Shown in pieces: positions 48,801 to 60,800 of a stretch of 64,000 nucleotides of DNA. The DNA comes from Macrostomum lignano (lineage: Eukaryota), in assembly GCA_002269645.1 (NCBI GenBank), contig NIVC01001621.1:14320-78319 (forward strand). The letters run 5' to 3'. Each line of letters starts with the position of its first letter. Within the stretch, counting starts at the first letter, position 1. The translations under genes were made by a program, and so were the position numbers. The notes beneath the pieces were generated by a model. That model did not search any database and was not told the origin of the DNA. It was given only the letters and a program-made list of their open reading frames with translations.

Positions 48801-51800
48801 CAGTCAGTCAGTCAGTCAGACAGTCAGTCAGTTAGTCAGTACACTAACCATTCAAAGCATTCGCCAGAATTGAATAGCGCTTAGTTGATCGCGCATCCAA
48901 CACGCCGCCGCCACCGCCGCCTTCGGCCAGCATAGCCAAAGCGGCGTGCAAACTTTGCAACAATAGCAGGCGAATGTCGATAGCTTCTGGCTGGGCAGAG
49001 CCAGACGGTTCGCTGTCCACCTCCATTGGCTGACCCGTAGCGAACAGCTCGTGCACCCGACGGCGGCCGAGACAACCAACGGCAATCTTGCTGGAGGCAA
49101 CCAGCTCCTCCAGGTGAGCGGAGCACCAGTGACCGCATTCAAAGCCAGTAAATGGATTAGTATGAGATCGGATTAGCTTGACAACTAGAATGACAAGTTT
49201 ATTAGCGGCGTGAGCGGTTGGCTGTTTGGCAAAATCTTCAACCAGGTACTTGGCGCAGGAGACCCGGTTCTGGTAGCCGGGACGAAGTGCTTCGAATTGC
49301 AGTATAAGCCAGGTAGGCTCGGGGCACTTGAAGAACTGATTCAGGTAGTTAGTAAACTGAATCTCCGTGTCAAAATCGTTTAAATTGTTGTCCTGCAGAA
49401 GGCCCAGATTGGGGCCGAATCGAGCCGAGAGTTCGGATAATTCTGCCTTCGACAGCAGCCGGTCAAATGTGGTCACCTGGATTGGGCAAGGCGAAACATA
49501 TTGAGTCTGACGTATTCAATAAAAGGAAAATAAAGGACCTTTTTGATGGAGAAAATAATAGCAATACTTTCAGCGAAGTGTACACATCGGCAATATGATC
49601 GAACGGAATCGAACCAGGGCCCCTGGCCACATTCATCTGGGGCTTGTGCGCAGAATAACTCACCTGCACGAACTGCTTGTCGCCATAGGCTCGACAGCTC
49701 AGGAATTTCTCCAGACCCGAGTGCCGATCGTCATTATGATACAAACGACTCAGAGCATCCTTCTGTCCAGCCAGTGGAGTCTGGTCGAGTCGTACAAGAC
49801 TCTCAGGTGTGCAAGCTGCCAGCAGAGCGTGCTGGACTGCCCGTACGCGTTCCGGATTGGCCAGGTTGGCAAACTCGATCAGCAGCGATGGCACAACATC
49901 TTCGTGATAGCCAACAAACACGGTGTTTAGTTGCTTAGCAGTCACTTTTTGTTTATTTTGATTGCTAGTTGAATTTGTTGGCAGAAAACTGCGCGCCCAC
50001 TCGAGCAGCTGGGCGCATAGTTGAGCATCTTCAGAATTGAGCAGCGACTCACAGGACAGCCGGTGCTTCTCCATCCGGTTGATAAGCGGGATAGGGAATT
50101 TATTCATGACGGTGTCCCGTTCGGCAATGACCACAATGCGGAAGTGCGAGTGCACCTTGCACTTTAGCCGATGCGTGCCAAGGCCAAGATCGACAAAGCG
50201 GTCCTCGCCGCAGCTTTCGTAATACTGATTGAGCACATCGTATAGCGACTCGTAGAGCGAGTCCATGTTCATGAGCACTACAGTTTCACCGCGCTCCATA
50301 CAGATCTTGATCCGGTTGATGTCCTTGCAAATCTTTGTGTAGGCCTGGGGAAAAAGAGAAATGAAGATATTTAATTTTGTCAAGGTAATTTTGGTACTAA
50401 TAACGCTTGCTCTGATAAAGTAATTAGAAGAAACGCTACTAATATAGATAAGAGATCTAAATGCACTTTTAAATAGTATGAAACGCGCAGGAACAATAAT
50501 AATCAGTGCTCCCAGTTGGTAAAAGGTGTTCTAAGAAAAATACTTTTACAACTTTCTTCCGACATCGTCTCACAGCACCTCTGCCCATTCCGCTGACTAA
50601 TGAGCACATACAAGCGCGCCAATACTGTACGCAGGCACGCACTCATACACAAGCTCACACAGGGTGTACAGCGGCCCTTTGACTATCAAATCGTCAGGCA
50701 TGTACACTGTGTGCCTCGTGCAAATTGTTGTGTCGTGGCAAGGAGCCAGAAAAGGGCCGTTTTTCTGACTAACTAAAAAGGTTTTTTTTCTTACTACACT
50801 ACTTTCAGTAGTGCAGTTCATAAATCATTCGTATAATGTATTTTGGAATCACGTGACATTTTGGGGTTTCTAATTTATTGATCGTGTAATAATTTATTGT
50901 TGGATGTCAAATATAAGCGCGGGTTGTCCTAAGGGAGCTCTTGTTCTTGCTTTCCGGCAAAAGTCTTACCTGCCTAAGTACTCGTTTGTTTTTTCCTGTG
51001 TTAGTCTATCGAGACACCACACAAATGAATAGTCAAACCAGGGGTCGTGGTGGCGCCAGAGTCAGAGGCGTTGAAACCAAGGACTACTTAAGTAGAAGGA
51101 CGGGACACTACGTTTCTTAGAAAATGTTTATTAGGCTGGTCTTCGCCGAAAAATACACTACGGAGATAGGAAGATTTCATTTTTCAGCACAAAAATTGTT
51201 ATTGCTTTTGATAGGAGGCAGATCCAGTGTTCATCTTTTGATATGCTGTGCCTTTCTTATAGCTCTATCGATATTCATAAAGCTTTTCGTTCAGAAAATC
51301 AGGATTCTATGTTACTGCTTTATTCTACGTACAAATTGCATATGTCCCGTGCCTAAAAAACCATTAAAAATGACACGGCTCGGCTCATTGGTTTTATGAA
51401 TCTATTTTGTCATTCTCAGCTGACTGTGTAACAGTATGTGTAACAGAAATGATAAAATAGATTCATAAAACCAGAGTCGACCTACGCCGTGCATTTTTCT
51501 AAGATAATTTTCTATTTTCTAAGAAACGTAGTTTCCCGTTCTCCTACTTGAGTAGTCCCTGGTTTAAGGTTTGGTTTCCTATACAATCCCACAGATACTA
51601 GAATAACTAGATGTGTCACTCGCAAAAAATGCGTTTCTCTACTCTTTTTTCAGTAGCAAAATTAGCGTTTTTTGCCTTTATAAAAGTGAAATTAAAATTG
51701 ATCTACTTTCAAACGAAATTTTAAGTTTTTAAAGCTGCAAAATATGTCTGTGCCTAATTCTACAAGCAGGCTAATTAAATAAGCATGTCTGCTGAGTTTT

Positions 51801-54800
51801 ACCTGTTCAAAAATAAACGAATTTAAGACTTAAGACTGTAGAAAACTATAAAAATGTAAAATTCCCAAATTCAGTGCTTGGCATAGAGAGCAAGAGAGAA
51901 TTAGTGCTGGCGCCCAGACATCTCTCTACTGCTCTCTCATTGGCTGAGCTAGATTGGGCCTGCCCCCTCCCCCCCTAGGCTGAGTTTCGTCCGTCTTGCG
52001 TTCATTTGTGTACATTGAGTTAACAAATGCTTGTTCATTCTTAACCCCATTTGCTCTTCCATGAAGAAGGAAAGGAATTTTACATCAAATTTAAATTACA
52101 TTAGCGTGACAACTACTGAAAAAAGAGTAGAGGCTTTACTTTTTCACAATCTAGTTATTCTAGTATCTGTGTACAATCCTACCCAACCTTACCTGATCGC
52201 GAGGAAAGCTGCTACCAAAGATGACACTAGCCGGGCCAGTAATCTGGCGAAGTACCACCCGAAATCCGGAATAATTCTCAGTGATAAACAGCAGATACCG
52301 CTGGTCCAGTTCGCCCCGGCTGGCCAGAGCCTCGGCAACCACAGACCGATTGGCCAGTTTGTGAAGTGTCCCGCTGTTGTCCGGTCCCACTAGACGGGCG
52401 TACAGTTTCACAGGATTAATATCGAAGCCGCTGAAGTTCCGCAGCAGAGCAGTTGTCAGTAGCTCATCTGACAGGCTGCTAACTAGGCTGGGTTGGCTAG
52501 TCTGACTGGCTTTTGACCAGGCGGCCAGGTGTTTCACTAGGCTGAAGAAATCGCGCAAACCGAAAAATTCTCGAACTTTTAGCGTCTCCTGTAGCATAAA
52601 TCAAAATGAGGATATTTTAGGCCCCAACTTGAAGCTGAGTAGATATAAGAGACCTTGGTAGCCATCTGGGTAATTTTTAGATTATTTTCTACGCCCTACT
52701 AGGTATTTTGCATATGGCGCTGAATGTGGTATGGCCATTTGTTTGAGAACAAATACACTAATCTAAACTTTGGGGCGACGCAGGTGACTCTGGGGCAAGG
52801 AGAATTTAAGTAGAAGGACGCAACACTCAAAATCATAGGCAATTTTTTGAAGGCTACTTTTCGCCGAAAGATATACTCTTCGGAGATAGGAAGTTTTAAG
52901 TTTTTCAGCACAAAAAATGCTATTTCTTTCGATAGGAGGCAGATCCAGTGTTCATCTTTTGATATGCTGTGTCTTTCTTATTGCTCTATCGATATTCATA
53001 AAGCTTTTCGTTCAGAAAATCAGGATTCAATGTTAAATTTTGTATTCTACGTAAATTTCCTGTACCTTAAAATCATTAAAATGCATGACACAGCTCAAAT
53101 CTTTAGTTTTATAAATCTATTTTATCATCTCTGTCACACATACTGTTACACAGTCAGCTAAGAATGATAAAATAGACACATAAAACCCATTAGATGAGCC
53201 GTGCCATTTTAATAATTTATAGGCACGGGACATGTGCAATTGTACATGTACGTAGAGTAAAAAAAGAACAGAATCCTAATTCTCTGAACGAAAAGCTTTA
53301 TAAATGTCAATAGAGCTATAAGAAAGGCACAACATATCAAAAGATGAACACTGGGTCTGCCTCCTATCGAAAGCAATAACAATTTTGTACCAAAAAATGA
53401 AAACTTCATATCTTTCAGGGAAAAGTGGCCTTCAAAACATTTTCCATAGATTTTGAGTGTTGCATCCTTCTACATAAGTTGTCCTTGCTTTGGGGCTGTA
53501 GAGTCGTATCTCAGGCGTGCTAGAATCGCGTCACTTTATGAATTATAAAAACGCTATTCACTCTACTTGATGAGTTAGTAGAAAGACTATTTCGCGACTC
53601 GTTATAATGACTCTACGATTCCCTACCTTATAGATAGCCCTGTAGAACTTGGCTAGCGGCTCCAAGTAGTTAACAATTGGGCCCGAATCGTCGCGACCGC
53701 AGATTCCTTTGGCAGTTTCAACCAGCTCGTCCTCGGTTGGCACGTCGCGCTGAACATAGAGACCGCGGTTCATCTTGGCCGGATCCAGCGCCCAGTTGGA
53801 TATGCCGATGAAGCCAATCTTTTTACGCAGCTTCTCCTCAGCTGTGAGTCCGTCACCGTTGATGAAGCCGTCCTCTAGCAGTGGATGCAGAGTCTTCAAC
53901 GGCATGCTGGGACTGTCCTCGGCCAGGCCGATCTCGTCCAAAATGATCACGGACACAAATCTTTGATGTTGAAGATTTGAGTTACAAAGTTAGCACATGA
54001 AAAGGAAACTGATGCGATTTCCTGGATTTGACTTCATAAGGAGGTCAAGGGAGTCTCTTCCCTTAGTGGAAGTGAGGTGTCTTGTTTTCTGGAGAAAATC
54101 TGGCCTAAGGCGCTAGATTGGCGCTAAAGCCTGGTCCAAAGCGCTAGTTGGCGCTAAAACCTATATTCTATGGCGCTAGATTGGCGCTAAAGCCTGGTCC
54201 AAAGCGCTAGTTGGCGCTAAAACCTATATTCTATGGCGCTAGATTGGCGCTAAAGCCTGGTCCAAAGCGCTAGTTGGCGCTAAAACCTATATTCTATGGC
54301 GCTAGATTGGCGCTTAAGCCTGGTCCAAAGCGCTAGTTGGCGCTAAAACCTATATTCTATGGCGCTATATTGGCGCTAAAACCAGGTCCAAAGCGCTAGT
54401 TGGCGCTAAAACCCATATTCTATGGCGCTAGATTGGCGCTAAAACCTATATTCTATGGCGCTAGATTGGCGCTAAAACCTGGTCCAAAGCGCTAGTTGGC
54501 GCTAAAACCTATATTCTATGGCGCTAGATTGGCGCTTAAGCCTGGTCCAAAGCGCTAGTTGGCGCTAAAACCTATATTCTATGGCGCTATATTGGCGCTA
54601 AAACCAGGTCCAAAGCGCTAGTTGGCGCTAAAACCCATATTCTATGGCGCTAGATTGGCGCTAAAACCTATATTCTATGGCGCTAGATTGGCGCTAAAAC
54701 CTGGTCCAAAGCGCTAGTTGGCGCTAAAACCCATATTCTATGGCGCTAGATTGGCGCTAAAACCTATATTCTATGGCGCTAGATTGGCGCTAAAACCTGG

Positions 54801-57800
54801 TCCAAAGCGCTAGTTGGCGCTAAAACCCATATTCTATGGCGCTAGATTGGCGCTAAAACCTATATTCTATGGCGCTAGATTGGCGCTAAAACCTGGTCCA
54901 AAGCGCTAGTTGGCGCTAAAACCCATATTCTATGGCGCTAGATTGGCGCTAAAACCTGGTCCAAAGCGCTAGATTGGCGCTAAAACCTATTCAATGACGC
55001 TAGATTGGCGCTAAACCTAATCTTAAGCGCTAGAGTGGCGCTAAAACCTATTCAATGGCGCTAGATTGACGCTAAAACCTATTCTATGGCGCTTTATTGG
55101 CGCTAAAACCTATTCAATGGCGCTAGATTGACGCTAAAACCTATTCTATGGCGCTTTATTGGCGCTAAAACCTATTCAATGGCGCTAGATTGGCGCTAAA
55201 ACATATTCTATGGCGCTTTATTGGCGCTAAAACCTATTCTATGGCGCTAGATTGACGCTAAAATCTATTCTACGAGTATGGCGCTAGGACTCTGACGTGA
55301 TAAAAATCACCCACAGATAAATATGACCAACAACACAAGAGTAGTTTGACAGGAAATTTCAATTCGAACTTACTTGCTAAGATCCTTTTCGTCCTGCAGG
55401 CGAGAGCACTGACTAAATGTCTTAATAATACTGTCAGATGTGCTCCAAGGTGAGCACTGAAAGCTCAGCATATGAGTACCTGGAAGCTCTTTGAACAGAT
55501 TTGACTGAGAATCAGCGCCCAGCATGTTGCTCTTGACAATGGTTTTAGCCAGAGATTTGGAGCTACCCGGCTTGCCGACAACGAAGAGCGGAATTCGCAG
55601 TTTGATGCATACAATCATCATAAATAGGTTCTCGCGTAGAGCGTCATTTTTGGCAATAAAATCTGGCAGTTTAGCGCTGTTTAGAAAGGCCTCTTGACAC
55701 CTTGAAATTGGAGGGATACATTTATATATTTTTTGTATTTATGAATGTACACTTTACAACAGATTCATTGTGTAGTTAATCGTAATCTGAGCTTGACTTG
55801 GTTGGTTCTAGGCTTCTGTCTATGGCCAAGACTGACAAATCTGAGCTTGATTTGATTGGTTCTGGGCTTCTGTCTATGGCCAAGACGGACGAATCTGAAC
55901 TTGATTTGGTTGGTTCTGGGCTTTTGTCTATGACAAAAACTGATAAATCTGAGCTTGATTTGATAGGTTCTGGGCTTCTGTCTATGGCCAAAACCGCTAA
56001 ATCTGAGCTTGATTTGATTGGTTCTGGGCTTCTGTCTATGGCTAAAACCGCCAAATCTGAGCTTGAATTGATTGGTTCTGGGCTTCTGCACTGTCTATGG
56101 CCCAAACCGACAAATCTGAGCTTGAATTGATTGGTTCCGGGCTTCTGTCTATGGCCCAAACCGACAAATCTGAGCTTGAATTGATTGGTTCTGGGCTTCT
56201 GTCTATGGCCCAAACCGACAAATCTGAGCTTGAATTGATTGGTTCCGGGCTTCTGTCTATGGCCAAGACTGACAAATCCGAGCTTGATTTGATTGGTTCT
56301 GAGCTTCTGTCTATGGCCAAGACTGACAAATCCGAGCTTGATTTGATTGGTTCTGGGCTTCTGTCTATGGCCAAAACCGCTAAATCTGAGCTTGATTTGA
56401 TTGGTTTTGGGCTTCTGTCTATGGTCCATCCTGTCTTTGTTGTCTAAGACTCTTTAGTTTTCGCTGACCGGTTTCTTAAGAAACGATTAAAAGATTCAAT
56501 TGAGACTACTGAGAAAAGTAGACGAATAAAGATTTTAATCGTAATGTCTCTAATAGTCTGAAAAATGTTTAAATGCTATCCAAGTCGGTAACAAGCCGGT
56601 TCACCTGTAGATCTCCCGGTAGAGATCACGATCAGTGAGGGGCCGGCCAGCTGTGTCGCACAATCTGGCGGCCAGTTCAGTCAGGTAAATCTGCTTATTC
56701 TCGTATGACAGACGGCTATAATAGCAGATGGCAGCAGTCAGCAGTGCAGCCCGTGTGTAGTCTGTGATAGCCGGCACCGCTAAATGATCATCGGGCTCAT
56801 TCACAATGTTTTTAACAATAATCTGTTGAAAATCGATGAGCCAGTTAACCACTTGGATGACTTTTTCCACTTCTCGCAGCGACACAAACTTGGTCTCATC
56901 GTTGATTCGACGCATGAAGGCCTTGAGGAGTTGAAATAAATGTGTTAAATTACGAGCGAATATCTAGCAAGACAAAAACTATGCAAACAGTGAAATCCTA
57001 CACCTAGGCAGTGAAATCCCACTCCTTGGAATCTCATATTGTGAGAAATCCCACTCCTTGGAATCTCATACAGTGAGAAATCCCACTTCTTGGAATCCCA
57101 TTTAATGAAATCCCACTCACTGGAATCCCATTTAATGAAATCCCACTCACTGGAATCCCACTCAGTAAAATCTCACTCACTGGAATCCCACTCAGTAAAA
57201 TCCCACTCACTGGAATCCCACTCAGTGAAATCCCACTCACTGGAATCCCACTCACTGGAATCCCACTCACTGGAATCCCACTCAGTGAAATCCCACTCAC
57301 TGGAATCCCACTCAGTAAAATCTCACTCACTGGAATCCCACTCAGTAAAATCCCACTCACTGGAATCCCACTCAGTGAAATCCCACTCACTGGAATCCCA
57401 CTCACTGGAATCCCACTCACTGGAATCCCACTCACTGGAATCCCACTCAGTGAAATCCCACTCACTGGAATCCCACTCACTGGAATCCCACTCACTGGAA
57501 TCCCACTCAGTGAAATCCCACTCACTGGAATCCCACTCACTGGAATCCCACGGAATTCCACTCAGTGAAATCCCACTCACTGGAATCCCACTCAGTGAAA
57601 TCCCACTCACTGGAATCCCACTCAGTGAAATCCACTCACTGGAATCCCACTCACTGGAATCCCACTCACTGGAATCCCACTCACTGGAATCCCACTCAGT
57701 GAAATCCCACTCACTGGAATCCCACTCACTGGAATCCCACTCACTGGAATCCCACTCACTGGAATCCCACTCACTGGAATCCCACTCACTGGAATCCCAC

Positions 57801-60800
57801 GGAATTCCACTCAGTGAAATCCCACTCACTGGAATCCCACTCACTGGAATCCCACTCACTGGAATCCCACGGAATTCCACTCAGTGAAATCCCACTCACT
57901 GGAATCCCACTCAGTGAAATCCCACTCACTGGAATCCCACTCACTGGAATCCCACTCACTGGAATCCCACTCACTGGAATCCCACTCAGTGAAATCCCAC
58001 TCACTGGAATCCCACTCACTGGAATCCCACTCAGTGAAATCCCACTCACTGGAATCCCACTCAGTGAAATCCACTCACTGGAATCCCACTCACTGGAATC
58101 CCACTCACTGGAATCCCACTCAGTGAAATCCCACTCACTGGAATCCCACTCACTGGAATCCCACTCAGTGAAATCCCACTCACTGGAATCCCACTCACTG
58201 GAATCCCACTCAGTGAAATCCCACTCAGTGAAATCCACTCAGTGAAATCCACTCACTGGAATCCCACTCACTGGAATCCCACTCACTGGAATCCCACTCA
58301 GTGAAATCCCACTCACTGGAATCCCACTCACTGGAATCCCACTCAGTGAAATCCCACTCACTGGAATCCCACTCAGTGAAATCCCACTCACTGGAATCCC
58401 ACTCACTGGAATCCCACTCAGTGAAATCCCACTCACTGGAATCCCACTCAGTGAAATCTCACTTAGTGAAATCCCACTCACTGGAATTCCATTCAGTGAA
58501 ATCTACTAAATTAAACAATTTTTTTAATTTTTTTAATCTTTCGATTCACTATTTGGTACCTAATATATACAACAAAATGCCATTTTAGATGTTATATTTC
58601 GGCCAGATTAACTTGATTACAGCAATTTAATAATCAAAGATGCAATATACCTGGGAAAAGCGAACCAGCTCGGCCAAGTGTCCGCAGTGCGGCTGCACCA
58701 GCTCGTGAACGCGAGCCTCAATCATGCGCTGAATATACTTGGCCTCAGCATCCTCGGACAGGTTGCCGAAATCCCACAGCACATTGATAAGGCTAAGCGG
58801 CAGAGGTTTGACTCGATAGACAAGGTGGCGCATGGGGATCGCACCGAATCGATCCTGAGTCGCATCTTTGCGCACCCAATAGCCCAGGCCGCTGTTCTCC
58901 AGACGCTGGATCATGGCCTCAGAGTGCTGCCTGTACGGGTTGCAGGCAGCCACACAGCGCAGGCCGCTAGTGAAGTTAATGGGACGGCCGTGAACCCGAC
59001 CGTCGCACATGATCTCTTTGATTAAGCCGACTGCGCTGGTTGTGTTTACCTGGAGTATTGTTGTGCAAAAGTGTTATTTTTTATGCTATTTATTGATATG
59101 GTTCATAGCCAAGCTGTTTACAAGTCTACTCTTTTTTCAGTAGTTTGTCTGCGCAGTGTCACTTCATTTAATGTGGCAGCTAAAATTTCCTCTTCTTCCT
59201 CGGTGTTGTGGCCTCGGGAGTATTTGAGTTAAGAATGATCAAGCATTCAACTCGATGTGCACACACAAACGCAAGACGGACGAAAATCGGCCTAGGAGAG
59301 GGGCAGGCCCAATCTGGCTCAGCCAATGAGAGAGCAGTAAGGAGAGGTCAAAGTCAGACGGACCAAACCCGGCCTAGGGAGCAGGCCCAATCTCGCTCAG
59401 CCAATGAGAGAGCAGTAAGAAGAGAGGGTCACAGTCAGACGGACGAAACTCAGCCTAGAGGATAGGCCCAATCTCGCTCAGCCAATGAGAGAGCAGTAAG
59501 AAGAGAGGGTCACAGTCAGACGGACGAAACCCAGCCTAAGGGGCAGGCCCAATCTAGCTCAGCCAATGAGAGAGCAGTAAGAAGAGAGGGTCACAGTCAG
59601 ACGGACGAAACCCAGCCTAAGGGGCAGGCCCAATCTAGCTCAGCCAATGAGAGAGCAGTAAGAAGAGAGGGTCACAGTCGGACGGACGAAATCCAGCCTA
59701 AGGGGCAGGCCCAATCTAGCTCAGCCAATGAGAGAGCAGTAAGGAGAGAGGGCAAAGTCAGACACAAGCGGGCAACAGGAAAGCCCAGCTGCTTATCAGC
59801 CTGGCTGAGGGCTGGGGGGCCACCCCTTTTTCTCTTGCTTGCCATGCACTGGATTTGGCTTGCTTCGCTGTTGCTGGATATTTAGCAACATTAAAAACCG
59901 CCACCCCAGACCCAGTGAGCCTGAAAAACATTGCGTCATGGCATGCAGTAAGACGTTGAGCTACTCTGCTCCTGCAATATCGTTCCAGACTCGCTTTTAA
60001 CTAACATTCTTTAGAGTAAGAAATTTATGAGGCTAAAATCTGGCGATTATTATTTTTAATACTATTATCACAATCAGCAGCTAACCGACTCACCTCGTCA
60101 AAGAACAGAACAGTATAGAGTTGGCCAGACCGATTTGCCTTATTTATACTTTTATAATTTCTGTCGGCCAGTTTCTCAGCCTTGCGAACAACATTAACGA
60201 TAGAATCTTCCGTGATGCCGCCGTGCACTTTAAGAACAATCATATTGTCAATCCTGAGCGTGCTTGGCCGCATCAGCTTGGCCAAGTATTCCACTAGGCG
60301 AGTCTTGCCGCATCCAGTTTCGCCCATAACAACAACGGGTATGCCGCAGCGGAAGCGCATCACAATGGCTAGCATTTTCTTCACATTGTCCAGAGTCAGC
60401 TCGTAGCTGGGATCGGGATCTGGCACCATACCGGTGGTCTGCGATTGTGTGCAGTTTTAATTAAAAATCAATTTTACGGTGGAATCAAACCGACTGCAAT
60501 ATTGATAACTTTTCAGACCAGAGTAAATTATCGGATGCAGTGCTCAGTAGACTTATTTCGGGCTCATCGAGGGTCGCCTTTGAAAATTTGAAACTCCATC
60601 GTCGAAAAGTCTCTTGCCCAACAAAACTTTTTGACGATGTTAAATTCGAGCTCAAGCAAAGTTTGCCAGCGTTCGAAGTTTGAAGAATCGAGCCCGTAAA
60701 GTTTAGAGTTGATAAAGAATCGAGCTTGTGAAGAATCGAGCTTGTGAAGACTTGAGCTTGTGAAGACTCGAGCTTGTGAAGACTTGAGCTTGTGAAGACT

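Noticed and set aside
57034-58588. Many SHSLE/GIPVS/WDSSE repeat ORFs
   Set aside because: 15-bp array inside an RNF213-like intron.
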